Assembly (NCBI GenBank): GCA_902612095.1
Contig: CACMBZ010000005.1
Location: 274 to 64,273, forward strand
Direction: 5' to 3'
From: an uncultured Pelagibacteraceae bacterium
Lineage (GTDB): Bacteria; Pseudomonadota; Alphaproteobacteria; Pelagibacterales; AG-422-B15
DNA length: 64,000 bases
The notes under the pieces were generated by a model. It had not been told where the DNA came from and did not search any database. It saw only the letters and a list, made by a program, of their open reading frames with translations. The first letter of the stretch is position 1. Each line of letters opens with the position of its first letter. The translations under genes and the position numbers were made by a program. Shown in pieces: positions 32,579 through 40,708 of the stretch.

Positions 32579-34642
32579 ATGAATTCAAGATCATATAGAC
32601 CAGAAATTGATGGATTAAGAGCAATCGCAGTATTGATGGTTATTTTTTACCATGCTGAAATCTCAATCAATAACGAAGTTTTTCTTAAAAATGGATTTTT
32701 AGGTGTAGATATTTTTTTTGTTATATCTGGGTTTTTAATTACAAGGATTATTCTGAACGAATTGGTTATAACAAAACATTTTTCAATTATTAAATTTTAT
32801 TTAAGAAGAGTAAGAAGAATCATTCCCGTACTGCTTTTAGTTATAATAACAACGATCCCATTCTCTTGGATTTTATTTCTTCCTGACGCACTAACGGATT
32901 ATTCTAAGTCCTCCCTAGCTTCTTTGTTGTTTTCTTCAAATTTTTATTTTTACTTTACAGAACAAGAATATGGAGCACAATCAAGTCTGCTAAAACCACT
33001 ATTGCACACATGGTCACTAGCTGTAGAAGAGCAATTTTATATTTTCTTTCCTTTAATATTAATTTTTTTTACAAAGAATAACTATTTCAAAAATTTTATT
33101 TTTGCAGCATTATGCATTCTATTCTTTTCTAGTCTCTTTTATTCAGAATATAATTCCTCTAAGAATATTTCTTCAAACTTTTATCTAATATATTCAAGAG
33201 TATGGGAATTAATGTTTGGCTCTATTATAGCCTATGTAAGTTTAAAAGCTAATTATACAAATAATATTACATCAAAATATTTTAGTTCAATTGGAATAAT
33301 ACTTCTAATATCTTCAGTCTTTCTATTAGATAAGACTATTACACATCCTTCTTACTACACATTAATACCAGTGTTAGGTGTTGGAATGATAATATTATTC
33401 ACTAACAATAATTCCATTGATATTGTTAAATCCTTACTATCAAATAAATTTTTTGTAGGGATTGGATTATTATCTTATTCTATTTACTTATGGCATTACC
33501 CAATATTTGCCTTCGCTAGACTATATTTTAATGAACCAAGTAATTTAACTAAATTTTTCTTAATAATACTTACAATTGCAATATCAACTTTAAGTTATTT
33601 TTACGTTGAAAAACCAATGAGAGACTCAAATGTAATAAGAAATAAAATATTTTTTTTAATTATCTCATCTGGACTTATTATAATTATATCATTCAATTTG
33701 ATTACTATTTCAAACAACGGATTTGCATCAAGAATACCACCAATATTTAAAATTATGCAGTCTGATATTGACCATATAGAGCACGGACAAAGTATTTTGA
33801 ATAATTATGAGTCATTATCTTCAATAACAAACTCATCTCCTGAACTTAACGAAATATTAGTTTTAGGAGATTCAATGGCTGACTTAAAATTTAAAGACTT
33901 ATTTTCAGAAGAATTAAATAAAGTAGGATATAATGTTAAATTTAGTACTGAAAAATTGTGTATTTACATAAGGAATTTTGATCTAATAGACGGTCAGGGA
34001 TTAATTAGATCAAGCTGCAGCAAAGATTATCAAAATGAGAGAGATAAAATAATAGAGTCTTATTCAGAGCCAATTCTGATTCTTTTTGGTCGTTGGCCTT
34101 TATATTTAAATAAAACTGAATTTAATGATAAAGAGGGAAATATAGAATGGCCCCAGTATAATTGGGACTATGTTTATGATGAAAGTATTTCTATAGAGGA
34201 AGGGATAATTAATACAATAAGATACAATTTGGACAGAGGGGCAAGAATTATTTTTATTGGACCATATCCAGAATTCGCTGTCGATCCACTTATACATTTG
34301 TATAGAAATATTGAATTATTCCAAAAATTAGAAAAAAATGAAAGTTTTAGTCGTGATGAAATTAATAAAATATCAAAGAATGTTTTAACTACTTCTTATG
34401 ATGTTATTTTAAAAAGAATTAATTCAACAATAGAAATGATAGATATAATTGACCACCCTAATTTTTATGCCGTTTTACCTCATAAAATATTATGTGATAA
34501 TTTCGTTAAGTCACGCTGTATTGCTTATAATGAGAAAAATATTTTTTATAAAGACATGACTCACCCGTCACTTGCGGGTAGCAATATCATTTTAGATCTA
34601 GTTATTGATAAATTAAATGAAATACAAATTACGAATAAATAA
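32579..34642 (+). CDS. acyltransferase-3 family O-acyltransferase with C-terminal SGNH/OafA-like domain
   Basis: 687 aa. The N-terminus RPEIDGLRAIAVLMVIFYHA and about 10 TM helices are typical of OafA/OatA/YrhL acyltransferases. Soluble C-terminal domain of ~300 aa. Confidence 0.85.
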   Translation: MNSRSYRPEIDGLRAIAVLMVIFYHAEISINNEVFLKNGFLGVDIFFVISGFLITRIILNELVITKHFSIIKFYLRRVRRIIPVLLLVIITTIPFSWILFLPDALTDYSKSSLASLLFSSNFYFYFTEQEYGAQSSLLKPLLHTWSLAVEEQFYIFFPLILIFFTKNNYFKNFIFAALCILFFSSLFYSEYNSSKNISSNFYLIYSRVWELMFGSIIAYVSLKANYTNNITSKYFSSIGIILLISSVFLLDKTITHPSYYTLIPVLGVGMIILFTNNNSIDIVKSLLSNKFFVGIGLLSYSIYLWHYPIFAFARLYFNEPSNLTKFFLIILTIAISTLSYFYVEKPMRDSNVIRNKIFFLIISSGLIIIISFNLITISNNGFASRIPPIFKIMQSDIDHIEHGQSILNNYESLSSITNSSPELNEILVLGDSMADLKFKDLFSEELNKVGYNVKFSTEKLCIYIRNFDLIDGQGLIRSSCSKDYQNERDKIIESYSEPILILFGRWPLYLNKTEFNDKEGNIEWPQYNWDYVYDESISIEEGIINTIRYNLDRGARIIFIGPYPEFAVDPLIHLYRNIELFQKLEKNESFSRDEINKISKNVLTTSYDVILKRINSTIEMIDIIDHPNFYAVLPHKILCDNFVKSRCIAYNEKNIFYKDMTHPSLAGSNIILDLVIDKLNEIQITNK

Positions 34643-34667
34643 TTTGATAGTTATGTTAATCCTTAAT

Positions 34668-34713
34668 ATAACGGTAATTACGAAGTTGTTCTAAGTTCCT
34701 ACTGGGCCCACCA
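34668..34713 (+). repeat. direct repeat R2: degraded copy of the tRNA 3' portion
   Basis: attacgaagttgttctaagtt-cctactgggcccacca aligns by eye to the tRNA 3' part with ~5 substitutions and a 5-nt T-loop deletion. It is followed by agaaaatagcc, the same 11 nt that follow R1. Confidence 0.7.
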
Positions 34714-34791
34714 AGAAAATAGCCAAATATTTTCTCTACTACGGTATTACCTAAACTAAGTCATGATCTGGTCGTGAATAAAATTGAATTT

Positions 34792-35934
34792 TTAATTCAT
34801 TGCCAATATATTCAGAGCCTTAAGCTGTATATTTATTTCTGTAATTTGAGCTTTCAATAATTCGTTTTCTTGACGTATTGAGTCATTCTCTTCCTTTAAC
34901 TGAGCCTTTAATATTCTATTTTCTTGCATTACAGCATCAATCTTATTCTCCAACATATGATTTTGTTTTTCAGCTACTCTTGCTGGTTTAACACTTCCAA
35001 ACTTAAACGTTATACCTGCTTTGATGCTCATATCCCTTGCCTCACTGATATCAGGTTCCCCATTCATCAAAAATGACGATCCAATATTAAATGATGCTGT
35101 TTGAAAGATCTTTGGTAAGTTGTCTGTAAAAGTATAGTTTGAAAAATCAGATGCACAACCTGCTGACAATGCAGAACTGCTGTCATGAATTCCTGTTCCC
35201 AAACCACACGTATAGAAAGCATCGGGTGAAGAATTAGGTAGCGCTGCAAGAGCTGAACTCAATGCAACAGAGCCACTAATGTCACCACCAATAATATCCA
35301 TAATGTTGCGTCCACCGATTAAAAGATTCGTTCCACTTTTAATATTTAAATCAATTTGATTGCCCGCAGAGTTGGTTGCATACAATTGTTGAACCCCATT
35401 TACTTCTTGTGTGACTAATGAGTTCTCACCAATATGTGTTGCTCCATCTGTTGTTACTTTAATTACTGTATCACCATTTGCGTCTTGTATATCAAGTTCA
35501 TTTGATGTATTTGATATTTGAATGGCGGTTTCTCCTCCTTCTCCAATCTGAGTCTTATTTGCTTCACTATTTTCATAGATTAAGTTTTTACCTGCCCAAG
35601 GTGTTTGATATATAGCTTGAAAATCACTGTCAAATGTAGCTGTTTGAGACATCGTATCATTTACTACGTCATAAACCATAAATACATCTTGTGAATCTTT
35701 TAAATAATACTTTCCATTATATGAGTCCATGAATGACACTCCGGGCGTCCAATATCCAGAAGGGAATGCAAACTGCTGTTTAAGCGTTGTATCCCCTGTA
35801 GTTAAATTAATGCTGTAGATCTCATTTTTTTCAATTACCGCATTATACTTAACTCCATAAACTAGATCTTCACTACTTAGTACACTCTCAATCATAGTAA
35901 ATACAAAAAATATTGAAGCTATTATTTTTTTCAT
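34792..35934 (-). CDS. secreted YadA-like (trimeric autotransporter-type) protein with an extra C-terminal coiled coil
   Basis: 380 aa with a signal peptide (MKKIIASIFFVFTMIESVLS). SVALSSALAALPNSSP...GLGTG...SALSAG...SIKAGITFKFG resembles the YadA membrane-anchor pattern as I recall it. The last ~60 aa are heptad-like (ENKIDAVMQENRILKAQLKEEN...). Confidence 0.55.
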   Translation of the reverse strand: MKKIIASIFFVFTMIESVLSSEDLVYGVKYNAVIEKNEIYSINLTTGDTTLKQQFAFPSGYWTPGVSFMDSYNGKYYLKDSQDVFMVYDVVNDTMSQTATFDSDFQAIYQTPWAGKNLIYENSEANKTQIGEGGETAIQISNTSNELDIQDANGDTVIKVTTDGATHIGENSLVTQEVNGVQQLYATNSAGNQIDLNIKSGTNLLIGGRNIMDIIGGDISGSVALSSALAALPNSSPDAFYTCGLGTGIHDSSSALSAGCASDFSNYTFTDNLPKIFQTASFNIGSSFLMNGEPDISEARDMSIKAGITFKFGSVKPARVAEKQNHMLENKIDAVMQENRILKAQLKEENDSIRQENELLKAQITEINIQLKALNILAMN

Positions 35935-36091
35935 AATTGTCTCCTTTAGAATTAATTAATTGAGAGTAACAAATATTTTAAAAAAAAAAGATGTTTATTT
36001 TTTGTAGTGATAAGGTCGTACTTTCTGTCTAAAACTATATATTTACAGACTAAAATTTGTTACAAACCAAGCTTAAAGGTTAAAGCTCACT

Positions 36092-36137
36092 GCTCATAAC
36101 GAAGTTGTCCAAGGTTCGAGTCCTAGTGGGCTCACCA
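36092..36137 (+). repeat. direct repeat R3: 43/46 copy of the tRNA 3' portion
   Basis: gctcataacGAagttgtccAaggttcgagtcctagtgggcTcacca, three substitutions counted by eye. The ~65 nt upstream also resemble the sequence upstream of R1. Confidence 0.85.
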
Positions 36138-36194
36138 GAAAAAGCTAAATTTTAACACTTAAATTCTTTTTTACTTATTCTATAATTCAATAAT

Positions 36195-37043
36195 ATGTCA
36201 TTTAATGTTGTACCCTCTGGACAAGCTTGTGGTGCTGAAATAACTGGAATCGATTTAAAGAGAGATTTGGACAAAAGTAAAATATCTGAAATAAGAGATC
36301 TTTGGCTTGAACATCAAGTCTTAAATTTTCCAAACCAAGCATTGTCTGATGATGACCTAGAACGTTTCACTCAATATTTTGGATCTTTTGGAGATGACCC
36401 ATTTATCGCCTCAATACCAGGTAGAGAAAATATAATTGCTGTTAAAAGAACCGCAGATGAAAAGGTTCCAATTTTTGCAGACAATTGGCACACTGATTGG
36501 AGTTTTCAAAAAAATCCACCAGCAGGTACGTGTTTATTTGGAAAAATAATTCCAATAGAAGGCGGTGATACGTTGTTTGCGAACCAACATTTAGCACTAG
36601 AGCGCATGCCCTTAGAATTAAGAAAAAAGTTGGAGGGGAAAAAAGCAATCCACTCAGCCCTCGTGCCTTATTCTCCGGGGGGTGGTTACGGTGATAAGGA
36701 TAGAGAAATGGGAAGAAGCATGGATATAAGAGCTTCAGATGATGCTTTTGCTCAACAAATACATCCTATTATTAAGAATCATCCTGAAACAAATAAAGAG
36801 GGTATTTATGGCACAGTTGGTTACATCATTGGTATTGATGGTATGGATAATCAGGAAGCTATGAAATTACTCATGGAATTAAGTTCATGGCAGTGCAAAG
36901 ATGAATTTGTTTATCGCCATAAATGGAAAAAAGATATGTTAATTATGTGGGACAATAGAAGTGTTCTACACCGAGCAACTGGTGGTTATGAAGGGCAAGA
37001 GCGTCTTTTACATCGAACAACCATTGCAGCATATGGAATATAA
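36195..37043 (+). CDS. TauD/TfdA-family Fe(II)/2-oxoglutarate-dependent dioxygenase
   Basis: 282 aa. WHTDWSF (H-x-D facial-triad region), GGDTLFAN, MWDNRSVLHRA and a distal HRTT. Confidence 0.85.
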   Translation: MSFNVVPSGQACGAEITGIDLKRDLDKSKISEIRDLWLEHQVLNFPNQALSDDDLERFTQYFGSFGDDPFIASIPGRENIIAVKRTADEKVPIFADNWHTDWSFQKNPPAGTCLFGKIIPIEGGDTLFANQHLALERMPLELRKKLEGKKAIHSALVPYSPGGGYGDKDREMGRSMDIRASDDAFAQQIHPIIKNHPETNKEGIYGTVGYIIGIDGMDNQEAMKLLMELSSWQCKDEFVYRHKWKKDMLIMWDNRSVLHRATGGYEGQERLLHRTTIAAYGI

Positions 37044-37124
37044 ATGAAAATTGATTTAATATATTTCAAAATGAGGACTTAAGCTAAAGCACCACAATTA
37101 ACCATAATAGCAAAGATATAGTTT

Positions 37125-38192
37125 CTAATTTTTTCTTGCTTCGATAACCATATTACTTGCATTTTTCTTAACTACTTTGCAGTTCTTAAATCCCGCTTCG
37201 TTTAAAACACTAATTAACTTTGCTGGACCTGCTTGCGCCCCAAGAGCTAATCCTACTTCTTGAGATTTTGAAGTTGGTACACAACCAATTGTTGAAAAAC
37301 AATAGTACATTTGACCAAATAAATTGAAATTATCTTCAGGGTTATCATTTGCTGTTGGTTCGATCAAAATTACTGAACCATCATCTTCTAGATGGTTAAA
37401 AGCATATTTGGCTGCCCCAACTGGATCACCCATGTCATGTAAACAATCAAAAAAAGCAATATAATCATGTTTACCCTCATAACTTTTGGCATCAGCAGTT
37501 GAATACTCAATACGGTTTTCTAAACCTGCTTTCTTTGCCAATTTCTTAGCTTCATTAATAGAAGGACCGTGAATATCGTACCCACAGACCTTAGCGTTAG
37601 GAAATGTCTCAGCTATTATCATTGTAGATAAACCATAACCACAACCAATATCAGCAAAGCTTGCACCAGAATTCATTCGTTTCTCAAGGCTTTCTATTTT
37701 TGGTAACCAGCTTTTTACTAAATTTTTTTCATAAGATGGTTTGAAGAATCTCGCAGTACCTTGAAAGCAAATTGGACATGAGTCTTTATAATCAACACCT
37801 TCACCTGTTTTAAAGGCCTCTTTCACTTTTTCTTCATTATGAATGGCACCCGTTAGCATATCGTATGCCCCCATCATTGATGCAGGACTATCATCCTTCG
37901 CAAAAACAGCAATTTGTTCAGGTGAGAGAGAAAATTTTTTTTTATTAGAATCATAATTTGCAAAACCCGCAGCTGACATCGCATACAGCCACTCCCTAAG
38001 ATATCTTTCATCAAGGTTAGATACTTTTGCCAATTCTTCTGAATTTACTTCACCCAACTCTGATAAATGTTTGAAAATTCCAAGTTGATCTCCAATTCTC
38101 ATTAATGGTATTATGGCTGAGGCGGAAACATCCTGCATAACCTTTAGCTGTAATTCTTTTAACGCTTCAAGATTTAATCCTTGATCACTCAT
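37125..38192 (-). CDS. class I SAM-dependent methyltransferase with N-terminal winged-helix/dimerisation-like domain
   Basis: 355 aa. ADIGCGYG motif I, a downstream acidic loop (GYDIH), and DYIAFFDCLHDMGDP. Confidence 0.75.
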   Translation of the reverse strand: MSDQGLNLEALKELQLKVMQDVSASAIIPLMRIGDQLGIFKHLSELGEVNSEELAKVSNLDERYLREWLYAMSAAGFANYDSNKKKFSLSPEQIAVFAKDDSPASMMGAYDMLTGAIHNEEKVKEAFKTGEGVDYKDSCPICFQGTARFFKPSYEKNLVKSWLPKIESLEKRMNSGASFADIGCGYGLSTMIIAETFPNAKVCGYDIHGPSINEAKKLAKKAGLENRIEYSTADAKSYEGKHDYIAFFDCLHDMGDPVGAAKYAFNHLEDDGSVILIEPTANDNPEDNFNLFGQMYYCFSTIGCVPTSKSQEVGLALGAQAGPAKLISVLNEAGFKNCKVVKKNASNMVIEARKN

Positions 38193-38288
38193 TTTTTGCT
38201 CCTTAGATTTCTATATTGAATAATTAAATATTAGATTTACTTATTCTTAAATGTTAACTTTAAAATTATAAGTATATTTTAGACATAT

Positions 38289-39602
38289 ATGATAGACAAC
38301 AACCTATTCCTTCCTTGTGGTATTGAAATCAAGAACCGATTCCTAAAATCAGCAATGACAGAAGGCATTGCTCATAGCGATGGTATGGCCAATAAAAGGC
38401 ATAACAAATTATATGAGAGATGGGCCAATGGAGGAGTTGGTATCAATGTTACCGGAAATGTACAAGTTGACCACAGATATATTGAACGAGCTGGTAATGT
38501 TGTTATTGAGGGAAAACAAACTAATGAAAGTTTAGCGGCGTTGGCTGACTGGTCCAAATCTGGGACACAAAATAATACTCACCTATGGATGCAACTAAGT
38601 CATGCTGGCAGACAAACTCCTTTCAGCGTTAATAAAGAGAGCAGGGCTCCCTCAGTTCAACCTTTGCCAACTTTAGGCGGTATTCTTAAATTTGGTATTC
38701 CAAAAGAGCTAAGTCATTCGGAAATCTTAGATATAATTGATCAATTTGTGAATGCTGCCGATGTTGCTAAACAAACAGGGTTCACCGGTGTTCAATTACA
38801 TTCTGCCCACGGTTATCTTCTTTCAGAATTTTTGTCTCCAAATGTTAATCAAAGAACTGATGAGTGGGGAGGTAGTATTGAAAATAGAACAAGATTACTT
38901 GCTACTACAATTGAAGCTATCCGAGGAAAAGTAGGAAGTAATTTTCCTATTTCAGTAAAACTTAATTCAAGTGATTTTCAAAAAGGAGGATTTACACACG
39001 AAGAAAGTATTGAAGTTGCAAAGTTACTAAATAAAACCTCTCTTGATTTACTTGAAATTTCTGGTGGAACTTACGAAAATTTTACTGCATTAGAAATTGA
39101 TTCATTAAACCTTAAAAAAGTAAAGACAATCAAACCTCAGCGTAGCACCAAAGTAAGGGAAGCCTATTTCTTAAAATATGCTGAGGCAATAAAAGAAGTT
39201 ATATCAATCCCATTAGCCGTAACAGGGGGATTTCGTTCAGCTGAGGGCATGAATAATGCTCTTCAGAGCGGCGCTTGTGATGTAATTGGTTTGGGAAGGC
39301 CGCTTTGCTCAGAGCCAGATATTGTAAATGAATTAATAAGTGGTGAAAAAAAATCAGCAACTTTATATGAAAATATACTGGAATTTGGCCCGTGGATTCT
39401 TGGTTTAAACAGCCCAATATCACTTATGCGTTCTAATAATAAAGCTGCTCAAGTTTATTGGTGTTATCGACAAATATTAAAAATCGCTGATGGTAATGAA
39501 GTTGATACAAAGCTGGGACTTTTTAAAGCATTTCTTGATCACTTTAGAGAAGATTCTGCTAACAGCAAAAAGTATAAAGCCTTTTGGAAAGACTTAGATT
39601 GA
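38289..39602 (+). CDS. NADH:flavin oxidoreductase, Old Yellow Enzyme family
   Basis: 437 aa. QLSHAGRQ and GVQLHSAHGYLLSEFLSPNVNQRTDEWGGSIENRTRL, the TIM-barrel FMN-enzyme signature. Confidence 0.85.
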   Translation: MIDNNLFLPCGIEIKNRFLKSAMTEGIAHSDGMANKRHNKLYERWANGGVGINVTGNVQVDHRYIERAGNVVIEGKQTNESLAALADWSKSGTQNNTHLWMQLSHAGRQTPFSVNKESRAPSVQPLPTLGGILKFGIPKELSHSEILDIIDQFVNAADVAKQTGFTGVQLHSAHGYLLSEFLSPNVNQRTDEWGGSIENRTRLLATTIEAIRGKVGSNFPISVKLNSSDFQKGGFTHEESIEVAKLLNKTSLDLLEISGGTYENFTALEIDSLNLKKVKTIKPQRSTKVREAYFLKYAEAIKEVISIPLAVTGGFRSAEGMNNALQSGACDVIGLGRPLCSEPDIVNELISGEKKSATLYENILEFGPWILGLNSPISLMRSNNKAAQVYWCYRQILKIADGNEVDTKLGLFKAFLDHFREDSANSKKYKAFWKDLD

Positions 39603-40129
39603 AAAAAATTATTCTATTACTTGTACTTTTTTATTCATCTTTTGTATTTGCAGACCAAAGAGATAGTCGGTTAAACAGCTTATTTGATGAGTTATTTTTT
39701 AGTAATGACAATATGCAAGCCAGCACTATTTTAGCTGATATCTGGAATATATGGTCTATTGCAGAAAATATTGAAGTCCAAGAAATATTTGACAAGGGTA
39801 ACGACATGATGGATCGTGGAAGTTTAGAAGAAGCAATAACTTTATTTACGCAGGTAATTGATCTTAAACCTGATTTTGCGGAAGGTTGGAACAAAAGAGC
39901 TACTGTTCTCTTTTTAAAAGGTGAGTTAGAGGCTTCAATTTCTGATATCCAAAAAACTCTTGAACTAGAACCAAGACACTTTGGAGCGCTTGATGGACTT
40001 GCGGAAATCTATTTAATTCAAGATAATCTTTTGGGAGCTGCTGCAACGTATAAAAGGATTCTAGAAATTATTCCAACAAGTAAAAAATCTCAAGACCGGC
40101 TCAAATTAATTAATGAACTTATTGTTTAA
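39584..40129 (+). CDS. secreted TPR-repeat protein
   Basis: 181 aa with a signal-like N-terminus (ILLLVLFYSSFVFA). TPR units (EEAITLFTQVIDLKPDFAEGWNKRA..., ASISDIQKTLELEPRHFGAL...). Overlaps the OYE gene by 19 nt, so the start is uncertain. Confidence 0.65.
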   Translation: MERLRLKKIILLLVLFYSSFVFADQRDSRLNSLFDELFFSNDNMQASTILADIWNIWSIAENIEVQEIFDKGNDMMDRGSLEEAITLFTQVIDLKPDFAEGWNKRATVLFLKGELEASISDIQKTLELEPRHFGALDGLAEIYLIQDNLLGAAATYKRILEIIPTSKKSQDRLKLINELIV

Positions 40130-40131
40130 AG

Positions 40132-40692
40132 ATGTGTGGACGTTTCGTTCTCTCCGACAAAAAAGTTATTAAAGAAAAATTTAATCTTGAACTATCACCC
40201 TCATATAACATAGCTCCATCACAAGATGTGTTGGTTATAAATCCAGATCCCATTTTTATGAAATGGTCATATTCGCCAAAATGGAAAGATGATATGAACT
40301 TGATTAATTGTCGTCACGAAACTTTATTAGAAAAGCCTTCTTTTAAGGGATCACTTAGATGTGTTTTTCTTGCAAATGGGTGGTATGAATGGCAAAGGCA
40401 AAACGACTCTAAAACGCCTTTTTTCCATTATATTGAAAATGAATTGCTGTATTTTGCTGGTATTTATAATTTGAATAGTGGATGTGCAGTTGTAACTTGC
40501 CAGTCAAGTGAAACCGTCTCTCATGTGCATCATAGACAACCTTTGCTTTTAGATGAATCTCAAACAACTGAATGGATACAAGGAAAGCATGAAATTGAAA
40601 GACAAAAAGACTATCTAGTTAAAGTTTATAAAGTCTCAAAAAATGTTAATAGTCCTCGTAACAATAACCCTAAGTTGTTAGAAAAATCTTAA
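40132..40692 (+). CDS. SOS-response-associated peptidase (SRAP/YedK family, abasic-site DNA-protein crosslink)
   Basis: 186 aa. Starts MCGRF (catalytic Cys2). NIAPSQ, WYEW and HHRQP motifs. Shorter than the ~220 aa I recall for E. coli YedK. Confidence 0.85.
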   Translation: MCGRFVLSDKKVIKEKFNLELSPSYNIAPSQDVLVINPDPIFMKWSYSPKWKDDMNLINCRHETLLEKPSFKGSLRCVFLANGWYEWQRQNDSKTPFFHYIENELLYFAGIYNLNSGCAVVTCQSSETVSHVHHRQPLLLDESQTTEWIQGKHEIERQKDYLVKVYKVSKNVNSPRNNNPKLLEKS

Positions 40693-40708
40693 GCTATATA
40701 ATTATAAG

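Larger units (their letters stand above)
31972..36137 (+). mobile_element. tRNA-linked array of three att-bounded cassettes (integrative-element remnants, no recombinase gene)
   Basis: Bounded by the tRNA 3' end and three direct repeats of its last 46 nt. Each interval holds one gene. No integrase, transposase or phage structural ORF in any frame of the ORF track. Confidence 0.55.

Noticed and set aside
31972-36137. Intact prophage or integrative conjugative element at the tRNA
   Set aside because: No integrase, excisionase, replication, capsid, tail or conjugation genes in any frame. The intervals are too short, so only remnants or cargo cassettes can be claimed.
37076-37110. Possible fourth, highly degraded tRNA-fragment repeat (acttaagctaaagcaccacaattaaccataa) after the TauD gene
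   Set aside because: Only patchy similarity to the arm region upstream of R1 and R3 (cttaa..taaagc..cac). The 46-nt core, including the T-arm and CCA, is absent. This is indistinguishable from chance in AT-rich DNA without a statistical alignment.
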